This document shows, one piece after another, positions 18,529 to 26,551 of a stretch of 35,133 bases of DNA (within the stretch, counting starts at the first letter, position 1; each line of letters starts with the position of its first letter). The translations under genes and the position numbers were made by a program. Origin of the DNA: Nitrososphaerota archaeon (lineage in GTDB: Archaea > Thermoproteota > Nitrososphaeria > Nitrososphaerales > Nitrosopumilaceae); assembly GCA_022573065.1 (NCBI GenBank), contig JACZUQ010000002.1:1-35133 (forward strand). Direction: 5' to 3'. Under the pieces are notes generated by a model. The model ran no database searches. It worked only from the letters and a program-made list of their open reading frames with translations, and was not told where the DNA came from.

Positions 18529-19590
18529 TTATTTTTCTAAGATGTATTCATCAGAAACTTCCATTCCAAAATGTCTACCAGTTGCTGCTGTAGAATGTAC
18601 CAGAACAGAATCTCCTTTTTTGAGATGTGTAACAGATACTAAGTGGCCATTTGGTTTTATAAAACGAATAGTTTCTGCATCTTGTGCAATTATTCCGCCT
18701 ACCTCATCACCTGCTTGTGCCTTGATCATTAGCATTGGTCTCCTTTCAATTTTTGAGCGACCTACAGTAACTCTTCGCGCCTTTCCTTTTGAATCAAGCA
18801 CCAAAACTTCAGAACCTGTTTCAATCTCTGAAAGATAGTTTGTTGTACCATCTGGAGCAATTGTATAACAATGAACTGCACCTGCATTTACTCTAAATGG
18901 TCTAGGAGATGTAAATGAGGATCCAACAGATTCATTATGAACTAGAAACATAAAGTTTGATCTATTTCCTATCAACATTCCTTCTCCTTTATGCAACATT
19001 GATGCAGTATCTACACAAACCCTCTCTCCATCACCTACTTCTTTAATTTCAATAATTTTTGCAGGTTGTAACTCAAAGCTTTTACTTCCAAGATAAACTA
19101 GGACTTCTCTTACTTGATTAATAGAACCTGTGTTGAATATTACTCCATCAACTCCTACCTCAAGAATCGAAAACATCTTACGTACTTCTTCCGGATTTCT
19201 TGCAAGTGCAAATATCTTGGTATGAATTTTATGTAATTTAGCTATAATATTCTCTAGTGGAATTATCTTCCAATCTTTTACTTCAATAATGACAAAATCT
19301 AACCCTTTTTTTGCTGAAACTAAGATTTTATCAATATCTTTATTTGATAAAACTTTGAATTTTTTGCCAACCTTCTTTCCTTTTGGTTTAGCAGATGATT
19401 CTTTATCTAAAATTACGTATTTTGCTTTAGCTGATGGATAAATGGTTGAAAGCTTTGTTTTGATTTTAGAAATTTTTTTTGGATCAACATAGACTATGTG
19501 TAATCCCTCATTTTCAAGATGTTGTAAAAATTTGCCAAGTTGAGGCATAGATACCTTTGGTGAAATTATGAGTTCTCTATTTTTTATCAA
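18529..19590 (-). CDS. aroB': 3-dehydroquinate synthase II (archaeal, oxidative-deamination type)
   Basis: About 350 aa with the layout of the archaeal DHQ synthase II family. It follows the ADH synthase gene with a 14-nt overlap, as in methanogens. Confidence 0.8.
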   Translation of the reverse strand: MIKNRELIISPKVSMPQLGKFLQHLENEGLHIVYVDPKKISKIKTKLSTIYPSAKAKYVILDKESSAKPKGKKVGKKFKVLSNKDIDKILVSAKKGLDFVIIEVKDWKIIPLENIIAKLHKIHTKIFALARNPEEVRKMFSILEVGVDGVIFNTGSINQVREVLVYLGSKSFELQPAKIIEIKEVGDGERVCVDTASMLHKGEGMLIGNRSNFMFLVHNESVGSSFTSPRPFRVNAGAVHCYTIAPDGTTNYLSEIETGSEVLVLDSKGKARRVTVGRSKIERRPMLMIKAQAGDEVGGIIAQDAETIRFIKPNGHLVSVTHLKKGDSVLVHSTAATGRHFGMEVSDEYILEK

Positions 19591-20365
19591 TTTTTTTTAA
19601 AGCTTCCTGTGCTGTTTCCTTATTGAAGATAATAGATGCTAGTGCTCTAACCATTTGTTCAGGGGATTTATGTCCAAAGATATTTCTTCCATATGTTACA
19701 CCTTTTGCTCCCGCCTTCATAGCATCTTCAGTCATCTGAAGTACATCCAAATCAGTTTTAGCTTTTGGTCCTCCTGCAATCACAATTGGAACTGGTGTGC
19801 CTTTAACTACTTTTGAAAATGAATCAACATCTCCTGTGTATACTGTCTTTACAATATCTGCTCCACAATCTGCTCCTATTCGTGCTACATGTGCAACAAT
19901 TTCAGGATCATGTGGGTCTTTGATCTTTTCTCCTCTTGGATACATCATTGCTAAAAGTGGCATATTCCATTTGTGACATTGTTCAGAGGTTTTTCCCAAC
20001 TGTTCTAACATTTCTGGTTCTTCCTTGCCGCCAATGTTTATGTGAAGAGATACTCCATCTGCCCCTAATCTAATTGCTTCTTCAACAGAACCTATTAGCA
20101 TCTTTCTGTTAGGAAATGACGAAAGCGATGTGCTTCCAGAAAAATGTACTAAAATTCCAATCCTCGTTGGTTTTGGAAGTGTTTTTAAAATTCCTTTATT
20201 AATAATTACACTCGTTAATCCGTGATGTTCACATTTGTATATGACCGAATGTGGATCCTCAAGACCTTCTATAGGGCCATCTGATATTCCATGATCCATT
20301 GGAATGCAAAGCATTTTTCCCTTGCGAAGAATTCGGTTTAATCTAATTTCATGTCCAGAAACCAT
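19577..20365 (-). CDS. aroA': 2-amino-3,7-dideoxy-D-threo-hept-6-ulosonate (ADH) synthase, DhnA-type class I aldolase
   Basis: DhnA-family pattern: [17 protein letters not shown], the Schiff-base region DIVKTVYTG, and YGRNIF. The functional call comes from operon context with DHQ synthase II. Confidence 0.75.
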   Translation of the reverse strand: MVSGHEIRLNRILRKGKMLCIPMDHGISDGPIEGLEDPHSVIYKCEHHGLTSVIINKGILKTLPKPTRIGILVHFSGSTSLSSFPNRKMLIGSVEEAIRLGADGVSLHINIGGKEEPEMLEQLGKTSEQCHKWNMPLLAMMYPRGEKIKDPHDPEIVAHVARIGADCGADIVKTVYTGDVDSFSKVVKGTPVPIVIAGGPKAKTDLDVLQMTEDAMKAGAKGVTYGRNIFGHKSPEQMVRALASIIFNKETAQEALKKIDKK

Positions 20366-20501
20366 GAAGAATATCTTTTTGTACCTTACTTAAAAATAAC
20401 GTGACTCTTGATTAAAACAAAATCAAATCAACTGATCTCATTTAGAATTTTCATGCACTCAAGGATTAAATATCAATTTACAAGCACAAAAATCAAGTCA
20501 A

Positions 20502-21620
20502 TTGAGCCAAATTATTGAACAGATTCATTCAAGCGAAATAAGTGACATTCTTGAAAATGCTCTTGATGGAAAAAGGCCTGAGTATGATGATTGTTTAAGA
20601 TTGCTTGAATCAAACGAAATTCATCTTATGGGTCTTACAGCAGGCCATCTTACCAGAAAGCGTTTTGGGAAAAAGGCCTCATTTGTAAATAACATTATTC
20701 TAAATTACACTAATGTTTGTATAACCGACTGTAAGTTTTGTGCATTTTATAGACCACCAGGTGATGATGAATCATATACTTTGTCTCTTGAAAACATAGA
20801 AGCCAGAGTAAAAACTGCATGGGAATTATACAAAATTAGACAGGTACTCATTCAGGGTGGACACAACCCAGATCTTGGTGTAGAGTATTATGAAGAAGCG
20901 TTTAGAATGATTAGATCAAAATACCCAAAAATTGGAGTACATGGACTTTCTACTTCTGAAATAGATATGATAGCTCGTGTTGAAAAATCATCTACAAAAG
21001 AAATTTTATCTAGACTAAAAGATTCAGGCTTACAATCAATTCCAGGTGCAGGAGCAGAAATTTTAGTTGATTCTGTTAAAGACATCATTAGTCCTAAAAA
21101 AATTACAAGTGATGAATGGATCCGAATAATGCGTGAGGCTCATGAGCTTGGATTGCCAGCTTCTGCCACAATGATGTATGGTTCTGTCGAATCAACAAGT
21201 GACATTGCCGAACATTTTGAAAAAATTGTTCAACTCCAAGAAAAAACGCATGGATTTATGGCCTTTATTCCATGGAGTTTTGAGCCAAATAATACTCTTT
21301 TACAAAAAGAAAACACTGTTCGTTATGGTGCAGGCGGTACACAGCTATTGAAAATGATTGCAATATCTCGACTTGTTTTAGATGGATTTATTCCTCACAT
21401 ACAATCTTCTTGGCTAACTAATGGAGTTGGTATGGCTCAGATTGCATTACAATATGGTGCAGATGATTTTGGTGGAACTTTAATTGGAGAAGAAGTTGTA
21501 TCTTGCACAGGTTCAAGATCCACTGAATTAACTGATAAAAAAATTATTGATGCTATTCAACAAATCGGCTATCAGGTAGAAGAACGAGATAATTTTTACA
21601 ATACAGTTTGCATGCATTAA
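20502..21620 (+). CDS. Radical SAM enzyme of the MqnC/MqnE/CofH family (most likely futalosine-pathway menaquinone biosynthesis)
   Basis: NYTNVCITDCKFCAFYR is a CxxxCxxC cluster motif. Also IQGGHNP and a C-terminal DDFGGTLIGEEVV. TTG start. The conserved N-terminal region precedes the first in-frame ATG. I cannot discriminate between family members by eye. Confidence 0.75.
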   Translation: MSQIIEQIHSSEISDILENALDGKRPEYDDCLRLLESNEIHLMGLTAGHLTRKRFGKKASFVNNIILNYTNVCITDCKFCAFYRPPGDDESYTLSLENIEARVKTAWELYKIRQVLIQGGHNPDLGVEYYEEAFRMIRSKYPKIGVHGLSTSEIDMIARVEKSSTKEILSRLKDSGLQSIPGAGAEILVDSVKDIISPKKITSDEWIRIMREAHELGLPASATMMYGSVESTSDIAEHFEKIVQLQEKTHGFMAFIPWSFEPNNTLLQKENTVRYGAGGTQLLKMIAISRLVLDGFIPHIQSSWLTNGVGMAQIALQYGADDFGGTLIGEEVVSCTGSRSTELTDKKIIDAIQQIGYQVEERDNFYNTVCMH

Positions 21621-23059
21621 AGTCCATATTTGGACCACTTTGAATCTACAAGCTCTTTTGTAGCGTCATCTGTTTTTACTAGCTCTTGAATTTCTCGCTC
21701 GTAACCTTCCTCTTTGGTTTTTTGTGTTGCATCAATTCCAAGTTTTGAGCCTAAATTCACTCGAGAAGATGCAGGATCCAAAGTATCTGTTGGTGTATTA
21801 TCAATAATTATTGTGTCTCTTGCCGCATCAGCTCTTGTAGTAACTGCCCAAATTACATCGTTCATATCATGAACGTTCACATCAGCATCTACTACAACGA
21901 AGATTTTTGTTAAGGCAAGCTGTCCTAATCCCCATAGTCCCATCATGACCTTTTTTGCTTGTCCTGGATACATTTTTTTTATTGATATGATAGCAATTCC
22001 TTGAAACCATCCAGCAGCAGGCATTGCAAAATCAACTACCTCTGGTTGAAACATTCGGATTAATGGCAAAAACGAACGCTCAATAACTTTCCCAATAAAT
22101 GAATCCTCAAGTATTGGTTTACCAACTATCGTAGTAAGGTAGATTGGTTTTTTTCGTTGCATAATTCCAGTCAGCGTAAATGTAGGATAAGGTTCCTTTG
22201 GAGTATAGTATCCAGTATGATCACCAAACGGTCCTTCATCTCTTATGTCCGTGGGATCAACGTATCCTTCAAGAACCATTTCTGCATTTGCTGGTACCTC
22301 AAGGTCAATTGTCTTGCATTTTACAATTTTGATTCCTTTCTTTCTTGAAATTCCTGCAAAGAGATATTTGTCAAGTCCTTCAGGAACAGGGGCAACAGCT
22401 GAAAAAACTGTGGCAGGATCTCCTCCAATAATTATTGCCACTTCAATTTTTTTACCTTTTTCTTTTGCAATATCATGATGATGTGCACCACGCTTGTGTT
22501 TTTGCCAATGCATTAATGCATGAGTCGCATCTAAAATTTGCATCCTGTATACGCCTAAGTTCCTAACTCCTGTTTCAGGATGTTTAGTTGCAACAAGACC
22601 AAATGTGATAAATTTTCCTGCGTCTTTTGGCCAAGTTTTTAGAATTGGAATTTTATCAAATGATGGAGAATCATTTATCACTTCAGTTACTGGTCCACTG
22701 TTTTCAAGTTTAGGAAATATCTCACCCATCTTTGAAAGTTCTGGAAGTTTTTTTATTTTATTTAAAAAACCAGACGGTATTTCCATCTTTGTCATATCTA
22801 CAATTCGTTGACCTATCTCTGTAAAATCAGATGTCTGTAGACCAATCTCGAGTCTTTTTATTGAACCAAAAGCGTTACCTAAAACTGGCATATCGTAACC
22901 TTTTACATCTTCAAACAAAACTGCAGGTCCATTTGCATACATTATTCTTTTCAAAATTTCTGCAATCTCTAAGTTTACATCTACTTGAGTCTTAACTCGT
23001 TTGAGCTCGCCTGCATTTTCTAGTTCTTTAATAAATTGACCAATGTCCTCGATGGGCAC
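21617..23059 (-). CDS. UbiD-family (prenyl-FMN dependent) decarboxylase
   Basis: 480 aa. GPAVLFE, NLGVYRMQ and EGPFGDHTGYY are hallmark UbiD motifs. Confidence 0.85.
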   Translation of the reverse strand: MPIEDIGQFIKELENAGELKRVKTQVDVNLEIAEILKRIMYANGPAVLFEDVKGYDMPVLGNAFGSIKRLEIGLQTSDFTEIGQRIVDMTKMEIPSGFLNKIKKLPELSKMGEIFPKLENSGPVTEVINDSPSFDKIPILKTWPKDAGKFITFGLVATKHPETGVRNLGVYRMQILDATHALMHWQKHKRGAHHHDIAKEKGKKIEVAIIIGGDPATVFSAVAPVPEGLDKYLFAGISRKKGIKIVKCKTIDLEVPANAEMVLEGYVDPTDIRDEGPFGDHTGYYTPKEPYPTFTLTGIMQRKKPIYLTTIVGKPILEDSFIGKVIERSFLPLIRMFQPEVVDFAMPAAGWFQGIAIISIKKMYPGQAKKVMMGLWGLGQLALTKIFVVVDADVNVHDMNDVIWAVTTRADAARDTIIIDNTPTDTLDPASSRVNLGSKLGIDATQKTKEEGYEREIQELVKTDDATKELVDSKWSKYGL

Positions 23060-23173
23060 CCATCTATTCTGATTTGATGATAGTATAAAGCTTAACTAGA
23101 TTTGTCATATAACGCATTTTTTTGGAAAATTATTAACAAATGGATTTTAATTCAAAGTAACAGGTTTTTGATT

Positions 23174-23404
23174 GTGGTCGAAGATAAATGTCCTATCTGT
23201 AAGGGAAATGGAACAATTAAGCTACTTGGCTCTGAATGCCCATTTTGTAATGGAACTGGAGACTTTACAAAAACTGCTGAAAGTTATCTAGTTTCACATA
23301 TTTGCCAGTGCATCTTTTTGGATAGAAAAAAATGTCCATTATGTGGAAAGAACTGCCATCATGATACTCCAAACAAACCTAAAATTTTGATTGGACCAAC
23401 TTAG
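23174..23404 (+). CDS. Small zinc-finger protein with DnaJ-type CxxCxGxG repeats
   Basis: Contains CPICKGNG, CPFCNGTG and CPLCGKNCHH. I chose the GTG at 23174. The track's TTG at 23102 adds a hydrophobic low-complexity leader that looks non-coding. Confidence 0.45.
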   Translation: MVEDKCPICKGNGTIKLLGSECPFCNGTGDFTKTAESYLVSHICQCIFLDRKKCPLCGKNCHHDTPNKPKILIGPT

Positions 23405-23423
23405 AGAACTTATTTTTTAAAAT

Positions 23424-23801
23424 TTAATCTACTGGAGGCAGCTCGTTTTTTCTTTCATGACCACCTGAACCAAACTTGCAGTAAAAACACATGTCAGATT
23501 GCATATGAGTTAATTGATGAATTTGTATAGCTCCAAGCTTTAATGCGATCTTAGTTAGTAATTTGTATTTTAATGGCATGGCAGGAATAACTTCATCAAG
23601 ATATACCTTGTAATGTTCTGGACAAAATTTCAGAGTTACTTTGCTTGGTTCATTTCCCTTTTGGTTTACTTGTTTTGTAAAATTGATTTGCTCTCTAATG
23701 TATTCATGTTTTGGACATGGACATTTTCGTCCTCCAGGATGTTTGTAGGCAGGAGTATTTTTCCAATCAAATCCTGGATACTCTTTTTCAAAATCGTCCA
23801 A
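23424..23801 (-). CDS. Cys/His-rich hypothetical protein (125 aa)
   Basis: CPCPKHEY, FCPEHY and CFYCKFGSGGHE are possible metal-binding clusters. No family recognised. Confidence 0.45.
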   Translation of the reverse strand: MDDFEKEYPGFDWKNTPAYKHPGGRKCPCPKHEYIREQINFTKQVNQKGNEPSKVTLKFCPEHYKVYLDEVIPAMPLKYKLLTKIALKLGAIQIHQLTHMQSDMCFYCKFGSGGHERKNELPPVD

Positions 23802-23937
23802 TACTTAGACCTGTCCTTCAATATTTATAAAACTTGGTCTGATTAGGAAAAAAATTGGATGATTAATGAAATTCAGTTAATCTGACGTTTGAATCTAAAC
23901 AAAATGTAAATAAAGCACACCTTATGTATTCACAACA

Positions 23938-24819
23938 TTGGCTACTAAGCGTAAATCTACTAAAACTAAAACTAAAACTAAAACTAAAACTAAAACTAAA
24001 AAAGATCTTGAATCTAAAATTGCACAATTAGAGGCTAAGCTATCTAAACTTTCAACCCAAGTAGATCAAAAGCCTTCGGGACAAGCACAGTCAGCACCAC
24101 CTCCACCACCAAAACCAGCTGAAACAGCAAAACCAGCTGAAACAGCAAAACCAGCTGAAACAGCAAAACCAGCTGAAACAGCAAAACCAGCTGAAACAGC
24201 AAAACCAGCTGAAACAGCAAAACCAGCTGAAGCACCAAAGCCATCTGCACAAACTGAAGCCGCGCCACCAGTAACCCTTGATACAATCATCGAAAAGGTT
24301 CCAACGGGAAACTGGAATTTACAAAAAGCAATAACAACTGGCTATTCTCCTGAAAATGCACGAGCTTGGGCAAGACGACATCCAGATGTAGGTGGAGAAG
24401 TACCAACAACTAGTTGGACACTTCAAAAATCAAAGATTACAGGTTACACTGCACCATCAAATAGGTACTTTGCAACAAAACAAAGACTAGCATATCATCC
24501 ACCTGAAACAAGCTTTACAGGCTATGGAGTTAATCTTGGACATGGAGCAGCTCAAACACAAGCTCAAGCCCCTCCACCACCCCCACCAAAGGAAGATAGT
24601 GCCCTTCCAAAGGAAACTGGTTCATCAGGAGGCGGTAGTTCCAAAAAACAATCACTTGAAGACTATGAGAAAGATTACTTGGCAAGATTAGATCAACAAC
24701 AAGTCGAAGCTCGAGAGTTGCAAGCAGCTGCTGAAGAATTGGCATCAAAAAAACGCACAGACTCAGGTTCATCTAGCTCTGGTGGTTCAACTCATGGTTC
24801 ACTACCAAAAGGATTCTAA
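23938..24819 (+). CDS. Intrinsically disordered tandem-repeat protein (TK x7, PAETAK x6 plus a variant, two poly-Pro tracts, Ser/Gly tracts)
   Basis: 293-codon ORF with a TTG start and no other in-frame Met. It has an internal duplicated motif, VPTGNWNLQKAITTGYS / VPTTSWTLQKSKITGYT. The composition is dominated by P, A, T, K, E, S, G and Q. Confidence 0.55.
   Translation: MATKRKSTKTKTKTKTKTKTKKDLESKIAQLEAKLSKLSTQVDQKPSGQAQSAPPPPPKPAETAKPAETAKPAETAKPAETAKPAETAKPAETAKPAEAPKPSAQTEAAPPVTLDTIIEKVPTGNWNLQKAITTGYSPENARAWARRHPDVGGEVPTTSWTLQKSKITGYTAPSNRYFATKQRLAYHPPETSFTGYGVNLGHGAAQTQAQAPPPPPPKEDSALPKETGSSGGGSSKKQSLEDYEKDYLARLDQQQVEARELQAAAEELASKKRTDSGSSSSGGSTHGSLPKGF
23959..24000 (+). repeat. Perfect hexanucleotide tandem repeat (ACTAAA)x7
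   Basis: Counted directly: units start at 23959, 23965, 23971, 23977, 23983, 23989 and 23995. In frame, encoding (Thr-Lys)x7. Confidence 0.95.
24115..24240 (+). repeat. 18-bp tandem repeat CCAGCTGAAACAGCAAAA, six perfect copies plus one diverged copy
   Basis: Perfect units span 24115-24222. The seventh (24223-24240) reads ccagctgaagcaccaaag. In frame, encoding PAETAK x6 plus PAEAPK. Confidence 0.95.
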
Positions 24820-24856
24820 CCCTAAAACCTTCTTTTCTTTTAATTATTTTTTAAAG

Positions 24857-25315
24857 TTAATTTGTAAAAACTTCTAGAACTTCGTCTGCATGACCTGCAG
24901 CCTTTACCTTAGGATATGCTTTGAAAATTTTTCCTTTCTCATTTACCAAAAAAGTACTTCGAAATACTCCCATGTACTCTCTTCCCATAAACTTCTTTTT
25001 CCCCCATACTCCAAATTTTTTTGCGACCTCTGTTTTTGTATCTGAAAGTAAAACAAAAGGAATCTTCATTTTTTCACAAAAATTTTTGTGAGAGTCTACA
25101 TCGTCTTTGCTTATTCCAACAATGTCAATTCCGGCTTTTTTGAATTTGTTATAATTTTTTGAAAACTCATCGGCCTCAATAGTGCAACCAGGGGTGAAAT
25201 CTTTTGGATAAAAGTAGATTACATGTTTTTTGCCCTTAAAATCAGCTGATTTTACTTTATTTCCATTTGAATCTAGTAGTTCAAATTTTGGAACCATGTC
25301 TCCTTCTTTTACCAT
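24857..25315 (-). CDS. bcp: Peroxiredoxin, Bcp/PrxQ type (thiol peroxidase)
   Basis: YFYPKDFTPGCTIEA peroxidatic-Cys motif. 152 aa. No second Cys five residues downstream. Confidence 0.85.
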   Translation of the reverse strand: MVKEGDMVPKFELLDSNGNKVKSADFKGKKHVIYFYPKDFTPGCTIEADEFSKNYNKFKKAGIDIVGISKDDVDSHKNFCEKMKIPFVLLSDTKTEVAKKFGVWGKKKFMGREYMGVFRSTFLVNEKGKIFKAYPKVKAAGHADEVLEVFTN

Positions 25316-25401
25316 GCTTTCAAATAGAGAATTTCCCTAATTAATTATTTTTTATTACTCTAACCGCATCAAATTTTAACTGAAAGATAGAAGGTGAAGT
25401 A

Positions 25402-26502
25402 TTGGTACAAAGCAATTATGAAATATTAGGAATTCGGAACGAAGCAACAAAAAGCGAAATTAGAGATTCCTTTCGAAAGTTAGTGCTTGAACATCACTCT
25501 GACAGGGGTGGGAATGATGAACTATTTAAAAAAATTAAACAAGCATTTGATGATCTTAAGCTTGGAAAAAAATTTCCAGATTCTCCTGAAGAAAAGACAA
25601 AAAAATCTAGATTTTATTCTGGCGATTCTGAAGAAGAAAAAAGAAAACGAAATCTTATCTTATCGCGTGATGTTGCAAAAGAAGTTGTCCGTGCTCAAGA
25701 ATGGGTTGCTGCCTTGAATAGAATTGATGCAACTGGAGTTCGGCTTTTTGGGTCAAAAAAGCTAGGTCAGCTAGAGTTTGAACGAAAAGCCACTAAGGCA
25801 TTGTCAATTAAGGGCAAGTATTGGGCAGGAAATCTAAGCTATGATCACTCGATAATTATGTGGGGCAGTATGACCAGCCCATACTTTTCTGAAAATACTG
25901 AAGAAAAAACTGTAATTCATGTTAAAGATGGAAAATTTTCTTTAATTGATCCACTTGAAAACGGATACTTGATAGAACATGGCGCAAAAATTCTTGTAGA
26001 TAATGGAGATATTATAGTTGGTGATGTTTATGGAAAAAAAGAGATTCTTCCAGATCCATCTGGTAAAGTTGGCTTGTTTTTCACAAAGGAACATTTTACT
26101 GAGCTAATTGCCCCTAATGGGAAAATCGTTGGAGGTTTTATTAGAAATACAGTAAAACTTGAAGCTGATACAATTATGGTAATTAATCTTGAAGACAATG
26201 TCAAAATAAAAGGGCGTGACATTTCAATTTTAGGAAACAAAGTTACCCATGATGTTGAAATTAAATTAATGAAAGGCGGTAAAATAAAATTCCATGATAA
26301 AGGATCTGGTTTTGATATTAGCGATGATGCCATACTGCAATTAGAAAACGGAAAAGAGTTTTGTTTACAAGATCTTAAAAAATCTGAAATGATTGGGTAC
26401 GGAGGAGAAGACATAACCTATGACTATCTTGATACTGTTGGAGCAAAAAAACGCAATGGATCAGAAAAAAGTTGGAGATCCAAATTTGGATTTGGGAATT
26501 AA
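25402..26502 (+). CDS. J-like domain protein with HSD instead of HPD, plus a ~290-aa beta-rich C-terminal region
   Basis: NYEILGIRNEATKSEIRDSFRKLVLEHHSDRGGNDELFKKIKQAFDDLK is a J-domain helix II-loop-III pattern. There is no G/F region and no Cys-rich domain. TTG start, with no in-frame ATG nearby. Confidence 0.7.
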   Translation: MVQSNYEILGIRNEATKSEIRDSFRKLVLEHHSDRGGNDELFKKIKQAFDDLKLGKKFPDSPEEKTKKSRFYSGDSEEEKRKRNLILSRDVAKEVVRAQEWVAALNRIDATGVRLFGSKKLGQLEFERKATKALSIKGKYWAGNLSYDHSIIMWGSMTSPYFSENTEEKTVIHVKDGKFSLIDPLENGYLIEHGAKILVDNGDIIVGDVYGKKEILPDPSGKVGLFFTKEHFTELIAPNGKIVGGFIRNTVKLEADTIMVINLEDNVKIKGRDISILGNKVTHDVEIKLMKGGKIKFHDKGSGFDISDDAILQLENGKEFCLQDLKKSEMIGYGGEDITYDYLDTVGAKKRNGSEKSWRSKFGFGN

Positions 26503-26551
26503 CATAAACCATTCGAATCTTTTATATGACATTTGAAGTGTTTTTTGACTG

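Noticed and set aside
23102-23173. The track's longer 100-aa version of the zinc-finger ORF, starting at TTG 23102.
   Set aside because: The extra 24 residues (MSYNAFFWKIINKWILIQSNRFLI) look like translated AT-rich promoter DNA. The conserved-looking Cys motifs begin right after GTG 23174. The longer form cannot be excluded without TSS data.
24115-24240. A regularly spaced 18-bp repeat array that could superficially suggest a CRISPR or other repeat locus.
   Set aside because: The units are directly adjacent with no spacers. They are too short and lie in frame inside a long ORF. No cas genes are present in the window.
24044-24290. Two minus-strand ORFs with striking repeats: (LVLLFQ)n and (GFAVSA)n.
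   Set aside because: They are mirror translations of the 18-bp tandem repeat in the plus-strand PAETAK gene. They exist only because the repeat lacks stop codons on the other strand.
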